From contig JAGOUW010000004.1 of NCBI GenBank assembly GCA_018061075.1, positions 9,192-73,191 on the forward strand: a stretch of DNA of 64,000 nt, read 5' to 3'. How positions within the stretch are numbered: position 1 is the stretch's first letter; each line of letters starts with the position of its first letter. The DNA is from Candidatus Levyibacteriota bacterium. GTDB lineage: Bacteria; Patescibacteriota; Microgenomatia; Levybacterales; UBA12049. The translations under genes were made by a program, and so were the position numbers. Shown here piece by piece: positions 16,917 through 25,318 of the stretch. The notes under the pieces are model-generated. The model saw nothing but the letters and a program-made list of their open reading frames with translations. It ran no database searches and was not told where the DNA came from.

Positions 16917-17954
16917 CTATTTTAAATATTTATCGAAGAATTCAACTGAACGCTGCGCTGCAATCCCAAAATTCGCAGTGATATCATGATCATCACCTGA
17001 ATATTCATAATATTCTACTTTTTTTCCGACTGTTTTCATTTTTTCTTCAAGATTTCTGGAAAATTCGACTGGGACTGATGAATCCGCTGTTCCATGATGC
17101 AGCTGAATTGGCCCAGAAACATCAGCTAAAAAATAATCAGATGAAATCGAGTTCCAAAAATCAGGATTATTTTCAGGTGTACCAAATTGCTCTGTTAAAG
17201 ATGCTCTCCAACTTCTTCTAGCTCCAGGCATTGTTGGACGAGGAGTTCCCCTTCTCCAATTATTTATAAGATCGGGATATGACGCTACAACTCCAGCCCA
17301 AATTACTCCAGCTTTAATATCTTTATTAACAACCATAGATCTCAGAGTAATATGTCCTCCCATCGAGTGACCCCACATTCCGATTTTTTCTATATTAACA
17401 TTTGGATATTTCTTTAGAGATGCTAGCGCATTTAGAACGTCAATCGTATATGCGTTTGATCCATATCCGCCCGCAGCTTCTCCCTCTGAATTTCCATGCC
17501 CCCTGTAATCAGGACGCAAAAGTATATAACCGTTTCTAGAAAATGCATCTGTGTAAGCGATATATCTCTCAGTTGTTCTATATTCTGCTGGAGGAATAAA
17601 ACCATGATTAAAAACTATTGCCGGCCATCCCCCAATAGGCGCCTCACCATTTGGCACTGTAAGAAGCGCATAATTCTTAAGACCTTCTGTTTTATAACTA
17701 ACAATATAGCGGGAATAATTAGATCCCGGAGTTAAGGTTTGCTCCATAACTAAATCACTACCCGGATAATCTCCTTGACGAAGTGATTCTATTGAGAGCG
17801 CATATGGCTCTTTCTCCATTTCCCCAGCAAGATCGTCTATGTCTGCAGTTTTATTAAGAAGATTTGAAACGGAATTATTTGAAGATTTATTAAATATAAA
17901 AATTCCAACAACAAGCACGATAAAAACCACTGCAATAATAATTCTTCTATTCAT
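16917..17954 (-). CDS. membrane-anchored alpha/beta hydrolase, paralog of 9325-10431
   Basis: GGWPAIVFNHGFIPPAEY, GMWGHSMGGH, GTADSSVP and GDDHDI align colinearly with the other copy. Confidence 0.75.
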   Translation of the reverse strand: MNRRIIIAVVFIVLVVGIFIFNKSSNNSVSNLLNKTADIDDLAGEMEKEPYALSIESLRQGDYPGSDLVMEQTLTPGSNYSRYIVSYKTEGLKNYALLTVPNGEAPIGGWPAIVFNHGFIPPAEYRTTERYIAYTDAFSRNGYILLRPDYRGHGNSEGEAAGGYGSNAYTIDVLNALASLKKYPNVNIEKIGMWGHSMGGHITLRSMVVNKDIKAGVIWAGVVASYPDLINNWRRGTPRPTMPGARRSWRASLTEQFGTPENNPDFWNSISSDYFLADVSGPIQLHHGTADSSVPVEFSRNLEEKMKTVGKKVEYYEYSGDDHDITANFGIAAQRSVEFFDKYLK

Positions 17955-18074
17955 TAATTTCTAAAAATTATAACTTTTCATTAAAACTTTATCAATAGAA
18001 TCTAAATTTTTTCTGAAGCCTAATTTCCCCATATTTTGACTCGCATATATGATATACTTTTTCAGGTTTTTGAA

Positions 18075-20318
18075 ATGAAATTAATTAATCTTGCATTTAT
18101 TATTCCCTCATACAATGAGTCAGAAAATATTATTCTCCTAATAAATAAAATTAGAAAGTTTTATCCAAAATCTAAAATAATAATCGTTGACGATTCCACT
18201 CCTGAAGAAAAAAATAAAATTCAAAAGCTTCTCTTAAAACCTCATAAAAGAAATGTCGTTTATTATCCTCGCAAGCAGAAAATGGGTAGAGGAAGTGCTG
18301 TAATTGAAGGATTTAAAATTGCCCTAGAAGATAAAAATATAACTCATGCTTTTGAGATGGATGCTGATCTTTCCCATAACCCAGAGGAAGCAAGAGAATT
18401 TATTAGTAAATTAAAAAAGGAAAATTCAGACCTCGTAGTAGGCTCTAGGTATTTATCGGAAAGTAAAATAATTAAATGGGCAATGTGGCGTGTTGTGATG
18501 AGTAAAATTATTAATAAATTTTTAAGCCTACTCTTAAGCCTCAATCTTTCAGATTACACAAATGGATACAGACTATATAGTAGACGCGCTTTAGAATTTT
18601 TAACAGAAACAAAACTTGAGTCCAGTGGATTTATTGTACTTTCAGAAACAGCATTCAAACTTAAAAAAAATAATTTTAAAATTTCTGAAGTTCCAACAAC
18701 TTTTGTAGAAAGACAATATGGAAAATCCTCATATGGAAATAGAGAACTCTTAGTATCTTTAGTTAATATACTATCAATAAGATTCAAAACTCCAAGAAAT
18801 ATAAAAATATTTTGCTTAACTTTGCTCATCGCATTAACTCTAGCATTAAGATTTTGGAATTTGAACGAAATGGGTAGAACTTGGGATGAAGGAGCATATT
18901 CAGAAAATGGCTACACCATGAACAACCTGATTCTAGATAAGGATTTCGACAATCCTTTCTTTAGATTTACATTTGATCATCCTCCAATTGGCAGATACAT
19001 CTATGGCCTTGCATCTTCGTTTGACATCCAAAGTTTTGAGAAAGATGGAACACCAATCTATAACTATGATTACACTTATGCAAGGTTACCTGCAATCATC
19101 TTTTCAACTCTTTCAGTTTTACTTGTGGCACTTTTTGGATGGAAATTTATATCTCCTTTTGTTGGCCTCACATCAGGAATAATACTAGCAATGCTTCCTA
19201 CGTTTCTTGGATATTCGCAACTTTCAACACTTGAAAGCCCTGTCATGTTTTTCTTTACAGCTTCTGTTTTTCTTTTTATCAACTTGCTCCATAAATTTTC
19301 TTATAAAACATTAATTTTGACAGGAATTTTTACTGGCCTTGCTCTTGGAGTAAAACAAACAAATATTTTTATTTATCCCCTCTTCGCTGCAATTTATTTC
19401 CTATGGTATTTCTTGAAAGATAAAAAAAGAAAACCAAATATAACTGCGGAAATAATTACTCCTTTATTTTTAATTTTTATAATTTCGATCATTACCTTTA
19501 CACTTCTCTGGCCAACAGCATTTTTAAATTTAAATGATGCTATAGCTATTGAAAAAGCAATGTGGTTTTCAAGCGAAGTAAAACTCCCACCTCCTGAAGT
19601 TTTCTTTGGTCGACTTATGTTAGTACCAATTGTTTATTATCCAGTTTATTTTATAATAACCACTCCATTTTTAATTATAATTTTATTTTTTGTTGGGATG
19701 AAGGCAATTGATATTAGAAAAAAATTTGTTTTATACGCAATCCTTCTGTGGTTTATCCTTCCTTTTTTCCAATCTTTTTATCCATTCAAACAACATGGCC
19801 TTCGCTATATAATCCAAATATATGCTCCGCTCGCATTAATAGCTGCCATCGGACTTGAATTCATTTTAGGAATTTTTAAAGAAAAATTTAAAATTAAATA
19901 TCTTGCGATATTTGCCATCATAATTTATTTTTTAATAATTTTAAAAAGCATAACTCCCTACTACTTAGATTATTTTAATATTCTTCCTGGCGGCGTAAAT
20001 GGAGTCTATAGTTCACGACTTTTTCAAATTGGCTGGTGGGGTCAGGGAAATCGTGAAGCAGGAATTTACCTAAGAGATAATGCGCCTAAAGGATCTAGTA
20101 TTGGTCTCGCTATTTCTCCAATTCATTCATTCCCTTTTTATAACGAATATAAAGCTGAAAGATATAATGAAAATCAAAAATATGACTATGTGGTTGTAAA
20201 TTATTTTAATATTTTAAGAGAAGGATTTGATGATAATAAAATTAAAAAAGAATATAAACTGATTCATGAAGTAACCGCAGACAAGGCGACACTTGTTTAT
20301 ATTTACCAGAAGAAATAA
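18075..20318 (+). CDS. fusion of Dpm1-like GT2 polyprenol-phosphate glycosyltransferase and GT-C (ArnT/PMT-like) membrane glycosyltransferase
   Basis: N-terminal part has FIIPSYNESENI, IIIVDDSTPE, EMDADLSH and GSRY (Dpm1/GtrB-like). The C-terminal ~500 aa is polytopic, with RTWDEGAY and FDHPPIGRY loop motifs typical of ArnT/PMT_2 enzymes. ATG at 18075 preferred over TTG at 18036. Confidence 0.75.
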   Translation: MKLINLAFIIPSYNESENIILLINKIRKFYPKSKIIIVDDSTPEEKNKIQKLLLKPHKRNVVYYPRKQKMGRGSAVIEGFKIALEDKNITHAFEMDADLSHNPEEAREFISKLKKENSDLVVGSRYLSESKIIKWAMWRVVMSKIINKFLSLLLSLNLSDYTNGYRLYSRRALEFLTETKLESSGFIVLSETAFKLKKNNFKISEVPTTFVERQYGKSSYGNRELLVSLVNILSIRFKTPRNIKIFCLTLLIALTLALRFWNLNEMGRTWDEGAYSENGYTMNNLILDKDFDNPFFRFTFDHPPIGRYIYGLASSFDIQSFEKDGTPIYNYDYTYARLPAIIFSTLSVLLVALFGWKFISPFVGLTSGIILAMLPTFLGYSQLSTLESPVMFFFTASVFLFINLLHKFSYKTLILTGIFTGLALGVKQTNIFIYPLFAAIYFLWYFLKDKKRKPNITAEIITPLFLIFIISIITFTLLWPTAFLNLNDAIAIEKAMWFSSEVKLPPPEVFFGRLMLVPIVYYPVYFIITTPFLIIILFFVGMKAIDIRKKFVLYAILLWFILPFFQSFYPFKQHGLRYIIQIYAPLALIAAIGLEFILGIFKEKFKIKYLAIFAIIIYFLIILKSITPYYLDYFNILPGGVNGVYSSRLFQIGWWGQGNREAGIYLRDNAPKGSSIGLAISPIHSFPFYNEYKAERYNENQKYDYVVVNYFNILREGFDDNKIKKEYKLIHEVTADKATLVYIYQKK

Positions 20319-21416
20319 TTATCTTAGATCCAAAGTTTCACCTGAATAAACAAGATTCAACGGTTTTATAATTACTTGCTTTTCGCCTTTTTCCACATAC
20401 CCTACATTGATTGCTTTAAATTTATTTTTCGAAATAATTTTTAAACATTTTTCCACATCTTTTTCAGAAATAACCAAACAGTAGTCTTGGCCCATGTTAT
20501 AAGTTTCATACATTTCATAATCAGAAAGATTTGCCTGTTTTTGAATAAAATCAAAAACCGGTTGAGGCTTAAAAATCTTTTCAATTACATATGTAAATTT
20601 CGGACGTCCTCTCATAATTTTTCTTACACCGTGTCCAGTGATATTTGAAATATAATGAATATCAACATTATTTTTTTGTAAGTCAGCAATTGTTTTTGCA
20701 TAAATGTTTGAAGGAGTTAATAAACTCTCCCCATACAATTTTCCATTAGGTAACCTGGTCAGATATCCCTTAAGAAGTTTTTTTGCGATTGCTCGAGCTA
20801 GAGAAATTCCATTTGCATTTACTCCATTACTCTTTATGAAAATTATTCGGTCACCTGCTTTTATATTTTTATCAGATATCAATTTCCCTGTTGATTCAAT
20901 AACTCCAATTGCGGATCCCCCAAGATCCACTGATTCTTTTTCAATAATTCCCTTTAGGGTCGGCGTCTCGCCTCCTCCCCAAACAACTCCTGAAATATTA
21001 CATGCTTTTTCCCATCCTTTAATAAATTTGTCCATTCTTTTTGGATCTTGCAAAAATCCATCTCCAGCATCTGCCCAATATGCATTTAAAATAAGAGGCC
21101 TAGCTCCTACCGAAACGAGATCATTAATAATAGTCGCCACTGTATCTCGAGCAATCACCTCATAAAATGACTTCTTAGTCTTTTTATATATCTCATCTGC
21201 TACCAGACTTTTTGTTCCCAACCCTTCCATAACAAATGCCATTAACTGGTTGCCATTTTTAAAAACAAAGGCAGACTCACCCCTACTATCTGATATTTCG
21301 CTAAAACTTTTCGGAAAATTTTTTGCAGTTTTTCTCGCTGAATCTTGAGCAAGTTTTTTAATAGGATCTAATTTTTCGTAATTTGCTCCTGTTGCTGAAT
21401 ATGTAATTTTTTTCAT
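20319..21416 (-). CDS. purM: phosphoribosylformylglycinamidine cyclo-ligase (AIR synthase)
   Basis: PurM/AIRS-family fold signatures (EGLGTKS, DLVSVGARP, GGGETP). Last gene of the pur operon. Confidence 0.85.
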   Translation of the reverse strand: MKKITYSATGANYEKLDPIKKLAQDSARKTAKNFPKSFSEISDSRGESAFVFKNGNQLMAFVMEGLGTKSLVADEIYKKTKKSFYEVIARDTVATIINDLVSVGARPLILNAYWADAGDGFLQDPKRMDKFIKGWEKACNISGVVWGGGETPTLKGIIEKESVDLGGSAIGVIESTGKLISDKNIKAGDRIIFIKSNGVNANGISLARAIAKKLLKGYLTRLPNGKLYGESLLTPSNIYAKTIADLQKNNVDIHYISNITGHGVRKIMRGRPKFTYVIEKIFKPQPVFDFIQKQANLSDYEMYETYNMGQDYCLVISEKDVEKCLKIISKNKFKAINVGYVEKGEKQVIIKPLNLVYSGETLDLR

Positions 21417-21721
21417 TCTGGTTTTATTTCATGTACTACTGCTAATTCTACGCTCGCATTTTTAATACTTAGAACTCTTCCATCGCCTGCTCCGAAAACA
21501 TCCCCTTTTAAAAATGTTTCCCTACCTCCTCCATCCGCCAGCCAACTTATTCTCCGCCCATCTGCTGTTAATGTTTCATTTCCATATCTAACTTCACATG
21601 ACCCTCTCAATAATTGAAAATATCTTTTTGGGTGTCCAAAACCCACCATTGCACTTTCTCCTGGCACAGTTACCAAATCTAAATTTTTCCCAAATTCTGG
21701 ATTTTCATTCGGCCTTGTCAT
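21413..21721 (-). CDS. hypothetical small beta-rich protein (102 aa) embedded in the pur operon
   Basis: G+C-rich ORF between purQ and purM. ATG at 21721 preceded by TTGTAA-N17-TATAAT-N7 lying inside the purQ 3' end. 4-nt overlap with purM. Confidence 0.5.
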   Translation of the reverse strand: MTRPNENPEFGKNLDLVTVPGESAMVGFGHPKRYFQLLRGSCEVRYGNETLTADGRRISWLADGGGRETFLKGDVFGAGDGRVLSIKNASVELAVVHEIKPE

Positions 21722-22517
21722 GCTGGGAATTATATTCTGAAGCAACAAACTTTACAATGTTTTGAAAAAGAGGGAGGCCTTGAGGACTCTTTATCAAACC
21801 CCTTCTCCAATTTGGGTGCTGCTCTACCCTTACGAAACATTCTGGATGTGGCATAAGCCCCAAAATTCTTCCAGAAGTATCCGTTACTCCGACAATTGCA
21901 TTAATTGAACCATTTGGATTTGCTGGATAATCTTGGGTTGGATTTCCTTTTTCATCCACATATCGAAATGCTACTAAATCCTCATCTTCAATTCTTTTTA
22001 TATTTTTGTCATCTGCGTAGAACTTCCCTTCCCCGTGTGCCACTGGATACCATAATATTTGATCAGTCATCCCATCTAGAAACTTTGACTTAGAATTCGA
22101 TTCTACTTTTACTCTTATCCATCTGCATTCAAAATGTCCTGAATCATTATTAGTAAGAGTGACATCCATATTTCCTAAACTATTAAACGGCACAAGACCA
22201 GTGCGCACTAAAACTTGAAATCCATTACACACACCAAGAACTGCTGTATTTTTTCTTTTTATGAATTTTCTAATTTCATCTCCCAAATATGCGACTATTT
22301 CAGTCGCTAGAATTTTTCCTGATATTATGTCGTCTCCATAGGCAAATCCTCCAGGAATTCCTAAAATTTGATAGTCAGATAATTTTTCTTTTTTACTTCT
22401 CAAGTCATTAACATGAACTAGCTTTACGTCAGCCCCAGCCATTTTAAACGCGAAGACCATGTCTTCGTCTCTATTTATTCCATCTGCTTTTATAATAATT
22501 GCTTTGGGTTTTTTCAT
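21705..22517 (-). CDS. purQ: phosphoribosylformylglycinamidine synthase, glutamine amidotransferase subunit
   Basis: Triad amidotransferase GVCNGFQ and MPHPE motifs. Start re-called to MKKPKAIIIK, giving an ATGA overlap with the purL stop. Confidence 0.9.
   Translation of the reverse strand: MKKPKAIIIKADGINRDEDMVFAFKMAGADVKLVHVNDLRSKKEKLSDYQILGIPGGFAYGDDIISGKILATEIVAYLGDEIRKFIKRKNTAVLGVCNGFQVLVRTGLVPFNSLGNMDVTLTNNDSGHFECRWIRVKVESNSKSKFLDGMTDQILWYPVAHGEGKFYADDKNIKRIEDEDLVAFRYVDEKGNPTQDYPANPNGSINAIVGVTDTSGRILGLMPHPECFVRVEQHPNWRRGLIKSPQGLPLFQNIVKFVASEYNSQHDKAE
21729..21757 (-). promoter_or_regulatory. internal promoter, TTGTAA-N17-TATAAT, 7 nt from ATG at 21721, inside the purQ coding sequence
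   Basis: -35 at 21757-21752, -10 at 21734-21729. Confidence 0.5.
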
Positions 22518-25318
22518 GGAAATAATTTCCTCATAGGTTTTTGCCAAGAATTTTTTAGTTCCGACAAATTTGCACTGAACATTTTTTTACTATTTACGAC
22601 TTCAATATTTTTTTCTTTTTTTGTTTCTCCCAAAATTAAATATTTAACTTTTTTAAAAAGTTTCTTTGCAATTTCGCGATTCTCAACTTCTACTAAAAAT
22701 GCTCCTGCTGTTTCATTAAATAGAAAATAATCTTCTCTTTTATTTTTAGGCAATCTCAAGCTTACTCCCATGTCCCCACCTATACACATTTCAAAAACAG
22801 AAGTTAAAATTCCTCCCTCTGATATATCATGGCAAGATAAAATCTTCCCGTCCAAAATTCCCTTACTGATAACTTTGGCAATTTTAGAAAATTCTATTAA
22901 ATCTATTCTTGGAACTCTTTCACCGAGTAAATTATTTACATCGAAGTAAATAGACCCTCCCATAGAGTTTGTGTCTAAACTTCCTACAAGAACAATTACA
23001 GAATTATTTTTCTTTAGATCCGAAGAAATCGTTTTTGTAGTATCTGGAATTCTTCCAAAAACAGAAATACATAAAACTGGTGGAATTTTTATAACCGTGT
23101 CCCCTTTTCTGTAAGTTGATGACAAACTATCTTTTCCGGATATTACTGGGATTTTAAAATTCTTCATTAAGTCGACTACTGCGTCAACTGATTTATCAAG
23201 ACTATATAAAGATTCTTCGTCAGGAAAAGGCCAAATATAATTATTAATAAGCGAAGCTTCTTCTATGTCTCCGCCAACTGAAACATAGTTTGATAGCGCC
23301 TCTACTCCAGCCCAAATACTTCCATCATAAGGATTAATTCTATTTAAGATTGGGTTAAGTCCGTGAGACAAAACCATTCCATATTTTTTATCTAAAATTG
23401 GACGAACGACTACACTATCATTTGGTGAATCGAGTTTCTCACCAGAATAAGGCTGCAAATCGTTTGTCCCTTGAACTGAATGATCATACATTCTAACAAT
23501 TGGCTCTTTAGAGTTTATATTTCCATGGGACAAAACTTTTTTATATATTTCAATCCATTCAGATTCTTTTTTTGGAAGCTTTGGCTCTTTTTTAGAAAGC
23601 TCTAGCTTGCTCTTTTGGCCAATCATTAATCTTTGAGGTAAACCGTTATGCAAGAATTCCATTGATAAGTTTGCGATTTGTTTTTTACCATAAAAAACTT
23701 CAAGTTTTTTTGTATCTGTAAAATTTCCTAAAATTGCTGCTTCGACATTATATTTTTTGCAAATTTCTAAAAACTTTTTAATATCTTTTTTGGCAATCGC
23801 TATTACCATTCTCTCTTGTGATTCTGAAACCCAAATTTCCCAGGGGGATAATCCGTGATACTTTAAGGGAGCATTTTCTAAATCCACTTTTACTCCAGTT
23901 TTAGAACCTATCTCACCAACTGCTGAGGAAAAACCTCCAGCTCCACAATCTGTTATTGCCCGAACCAAATCATGATCCCGAGCTTCTAGAATCGCATCAA
24001 ACATTCTTTTTTCTTCTATCGCATTTCCTATTTGAACAGCTGATGAATTTATAGAAATTGTTTTATCTGTCATTTCAGCAGAAGAAAATGTTGCACCGTG
24101 AATTCCGTCTCTTCCCGTTCTCCCTCCGACTGCAACTATTAAATCTCCTTTAACAGGTGTTCCTTTTTTAGCTTTTTTTGTGGGAATTATTCCATATGCG
24201 CCCACTATTACAGTAGGTTTTGCTCTAAAATCTTCATGAAAGTGAATTGAGCCGTTATTTGTAGGGATTCCCATTCGATTTCCGTAATCTCTAACTCCCT
24301 CCACAACTCTTTTTAGTAAATAATCTGGACTAAGGCACCCTGGCGGAAGATCTTTTTTAGAGAGATTTGGATCAGCAAAACAAAAAATGTCAGTCGAAGC
24401 AATTGCTTTTGCTCCTTGTCCAGTGCCAAGTACATCTCGAAATACTCCTCCGCTTCCTGTCATCGCCCCTCCATATGGCTCAATCGCAGAAGGACTATTG
24501 TGTGTTTCTACTTTTCCGCAGATTGAATACCCATCATAAAATTTCATGACACCTGAATTATCGCCAAATGCAGAGACTATATTCTTTGGATGTTTTAATG
24601 CTTCAGTTTTTATTCTTTCAATTAATGGCTTTTTCTTTTTCCCATCAATTATTAAATTTGCTTTAAAAGTTTTATGCGCACAGTGCTCGCTCCAAGTTTG
24701 CGCAAGGGTTTCAAGCTCAATATCATTTGGATCTCTTTTAATTTTTCTAAAATACTCCTGAATTACTTTCATCTCTGATAAATTTAAAAATAATTTATCT
24801 TTTGAAAGCTCCAATAAATCTTCATCAGAACAATTTCTGATTGAGACGATATTCGTAGGTCCTACGATTCCTGAAATTTGTAATGTCTTAGGAGGCTTAT
24901 CCACTAGGTATTCAATGAGGGGATTATAAAGACCTAGCTCATTTATATTTTCTAAACTTAATGCTCCAAAAAAATGATACTCCCATGAAGAATCCGCTGC
25001 GATTAGTTTTACTTTTAAATCTTTTGCGGATTTTAAAATAGATGCAACTTCAGGATTCATAACTCCGGGCTTGTAAGCGACTTCTATCTTTGAACGGGCA
25101 TTAAAAATTTGCTCATCAATCGTGTATTTTTGATTAATTGACTCTGATAACAATTTTTCAGCTAAAAATTTCGTGGATTTTTTATCTATCCCTTCAAGTC
25201 TATAGATTCTAACAGATCTTACTTTTGTAACTGGAGTTTTTTTAAGTTTATTTAAAACTCCTATTCCTTTTAAATCCTCCCATTCATTTTTCGATGCTAC
25301 TCTAACTGTATAAATCAT
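22514..25318 (-). CDS. purL: phosphoribosylformylglycinamidine synthase subunit PurL with fused N-terminal PurS-like domain
   Basis: WSEHCAHKTF motif and duplicated AIRS domains. This motif lies ~170 aa further from the N-terminus than in small PurL. No separate purS in the operon. Confidence 0.9.
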   Translation of the reverse strand: MIYTVRVASKNEWEDLKGIGVLNKLKKTPVTKVRSVRIYRLEGIDKKSTKFLAEKLLSESINQKYTIDEQIFNARSKIEVAYKPGVMNPEVASILKSAKDLKVKLIAADSSWEYHFFGALSLENINELGLYNPLIEYLVDKPPKTLQISGIVGPTNIVSIRNCSDEDLLELSKDKLFLNLSEMKVIQEYFRKIKRDPNDIELETLAQTWSEHCAHKTFKANLIIDGKKKKPLIERIKTEALKHPKNIVSAFGDNSGVMKFYDGYSICGKVETHNSPSAIEPYGGAMTGSGGVFRDVLGTGQGAKAIASTDIFCFADPNLSKKDLPPGCLSPDYLLKRVVEGVRDYGNRMGIPTNNGSIHFHEDFRAKPTVIVGAYGIIPTKKAKKGTPVKGDLIVAVGGRTGRDGIHGATFSSAEMTDKTISINSSAVQIGNAIEEKRMFDAILEARDHDLVRAITDCGAGGFSSAVGEIGSKTGVKVDLENAPLKYHGLSPWEIWVSESQERMVIAIAKKDIKKFLEICKKYNVEAAILGNFTDTKKLEVFYGKKQIANLSMEFLHNGLPQRLMIGQKSKLELSKKEPKLPKKESEWIEIYKKVLSHGNINSKEPIVRMYDHSVQGTNDLQPYSGEKLDSPNDSVVVRPILDKKYGMVLSHGLNPILNRINPYDGSIWAGVEALSNYVSVGGDIEEASLINNYIWPFPDEESLYSLDKSVDAVVDLMKNFKIPVISGKDSLSSTYRKGDTVIKIPPVLCISVFGRIPDTTKTISSDLKKNNSVIVLVGSLDTNSMGGSIYFDVNNLLGERVPRIDLIEFSKIAKVISKGILDGKILSCHDISEGGILTSVFEMCIGGDMGVSLRLPKNKREDYFLFNETAGAFLVEVENREIAKKLFKKVKYLILGETKKEKNIEVVNSKKMFSANLSELKNSWQKPMRKLFP

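Noticed and set aside
18036-18074. N-terminal extensions in the ORF track. Some begin at TTG or GTG codons: 18036, 3022, 3028, 63625, 43830. Others begin at upstream ATGs: 15923, 57229, 34024, 33973, 22547, 21748.
   Set aside because: In each case a downstream ATG is better supported. Support comes from a signal peptide or conserved N-terminal motif, an ATGA/TAATG overlap with the upstream gene, or a -10 box at the recurrent 6-8 nt distance.
20704-21165. 153-aa + strand ORF inside purM. Similar long antisense ORFs occur at 31134-31583 (in purK), 32946-33326 and 33407-33751 (in DUF2207), 52723-53058 (in the HD gene), 47440-47751, 49133-49357, 49203-49454, 57265-57471, 62218-62484 and 30086-30427.
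   Set aside because: All lie wholly antisense to, or out of frame within, genes with strong motif support. They have low-complexity or Ser/Leu/Phe-rich products and no SD or promoter geometry. They are shadow ORFs.
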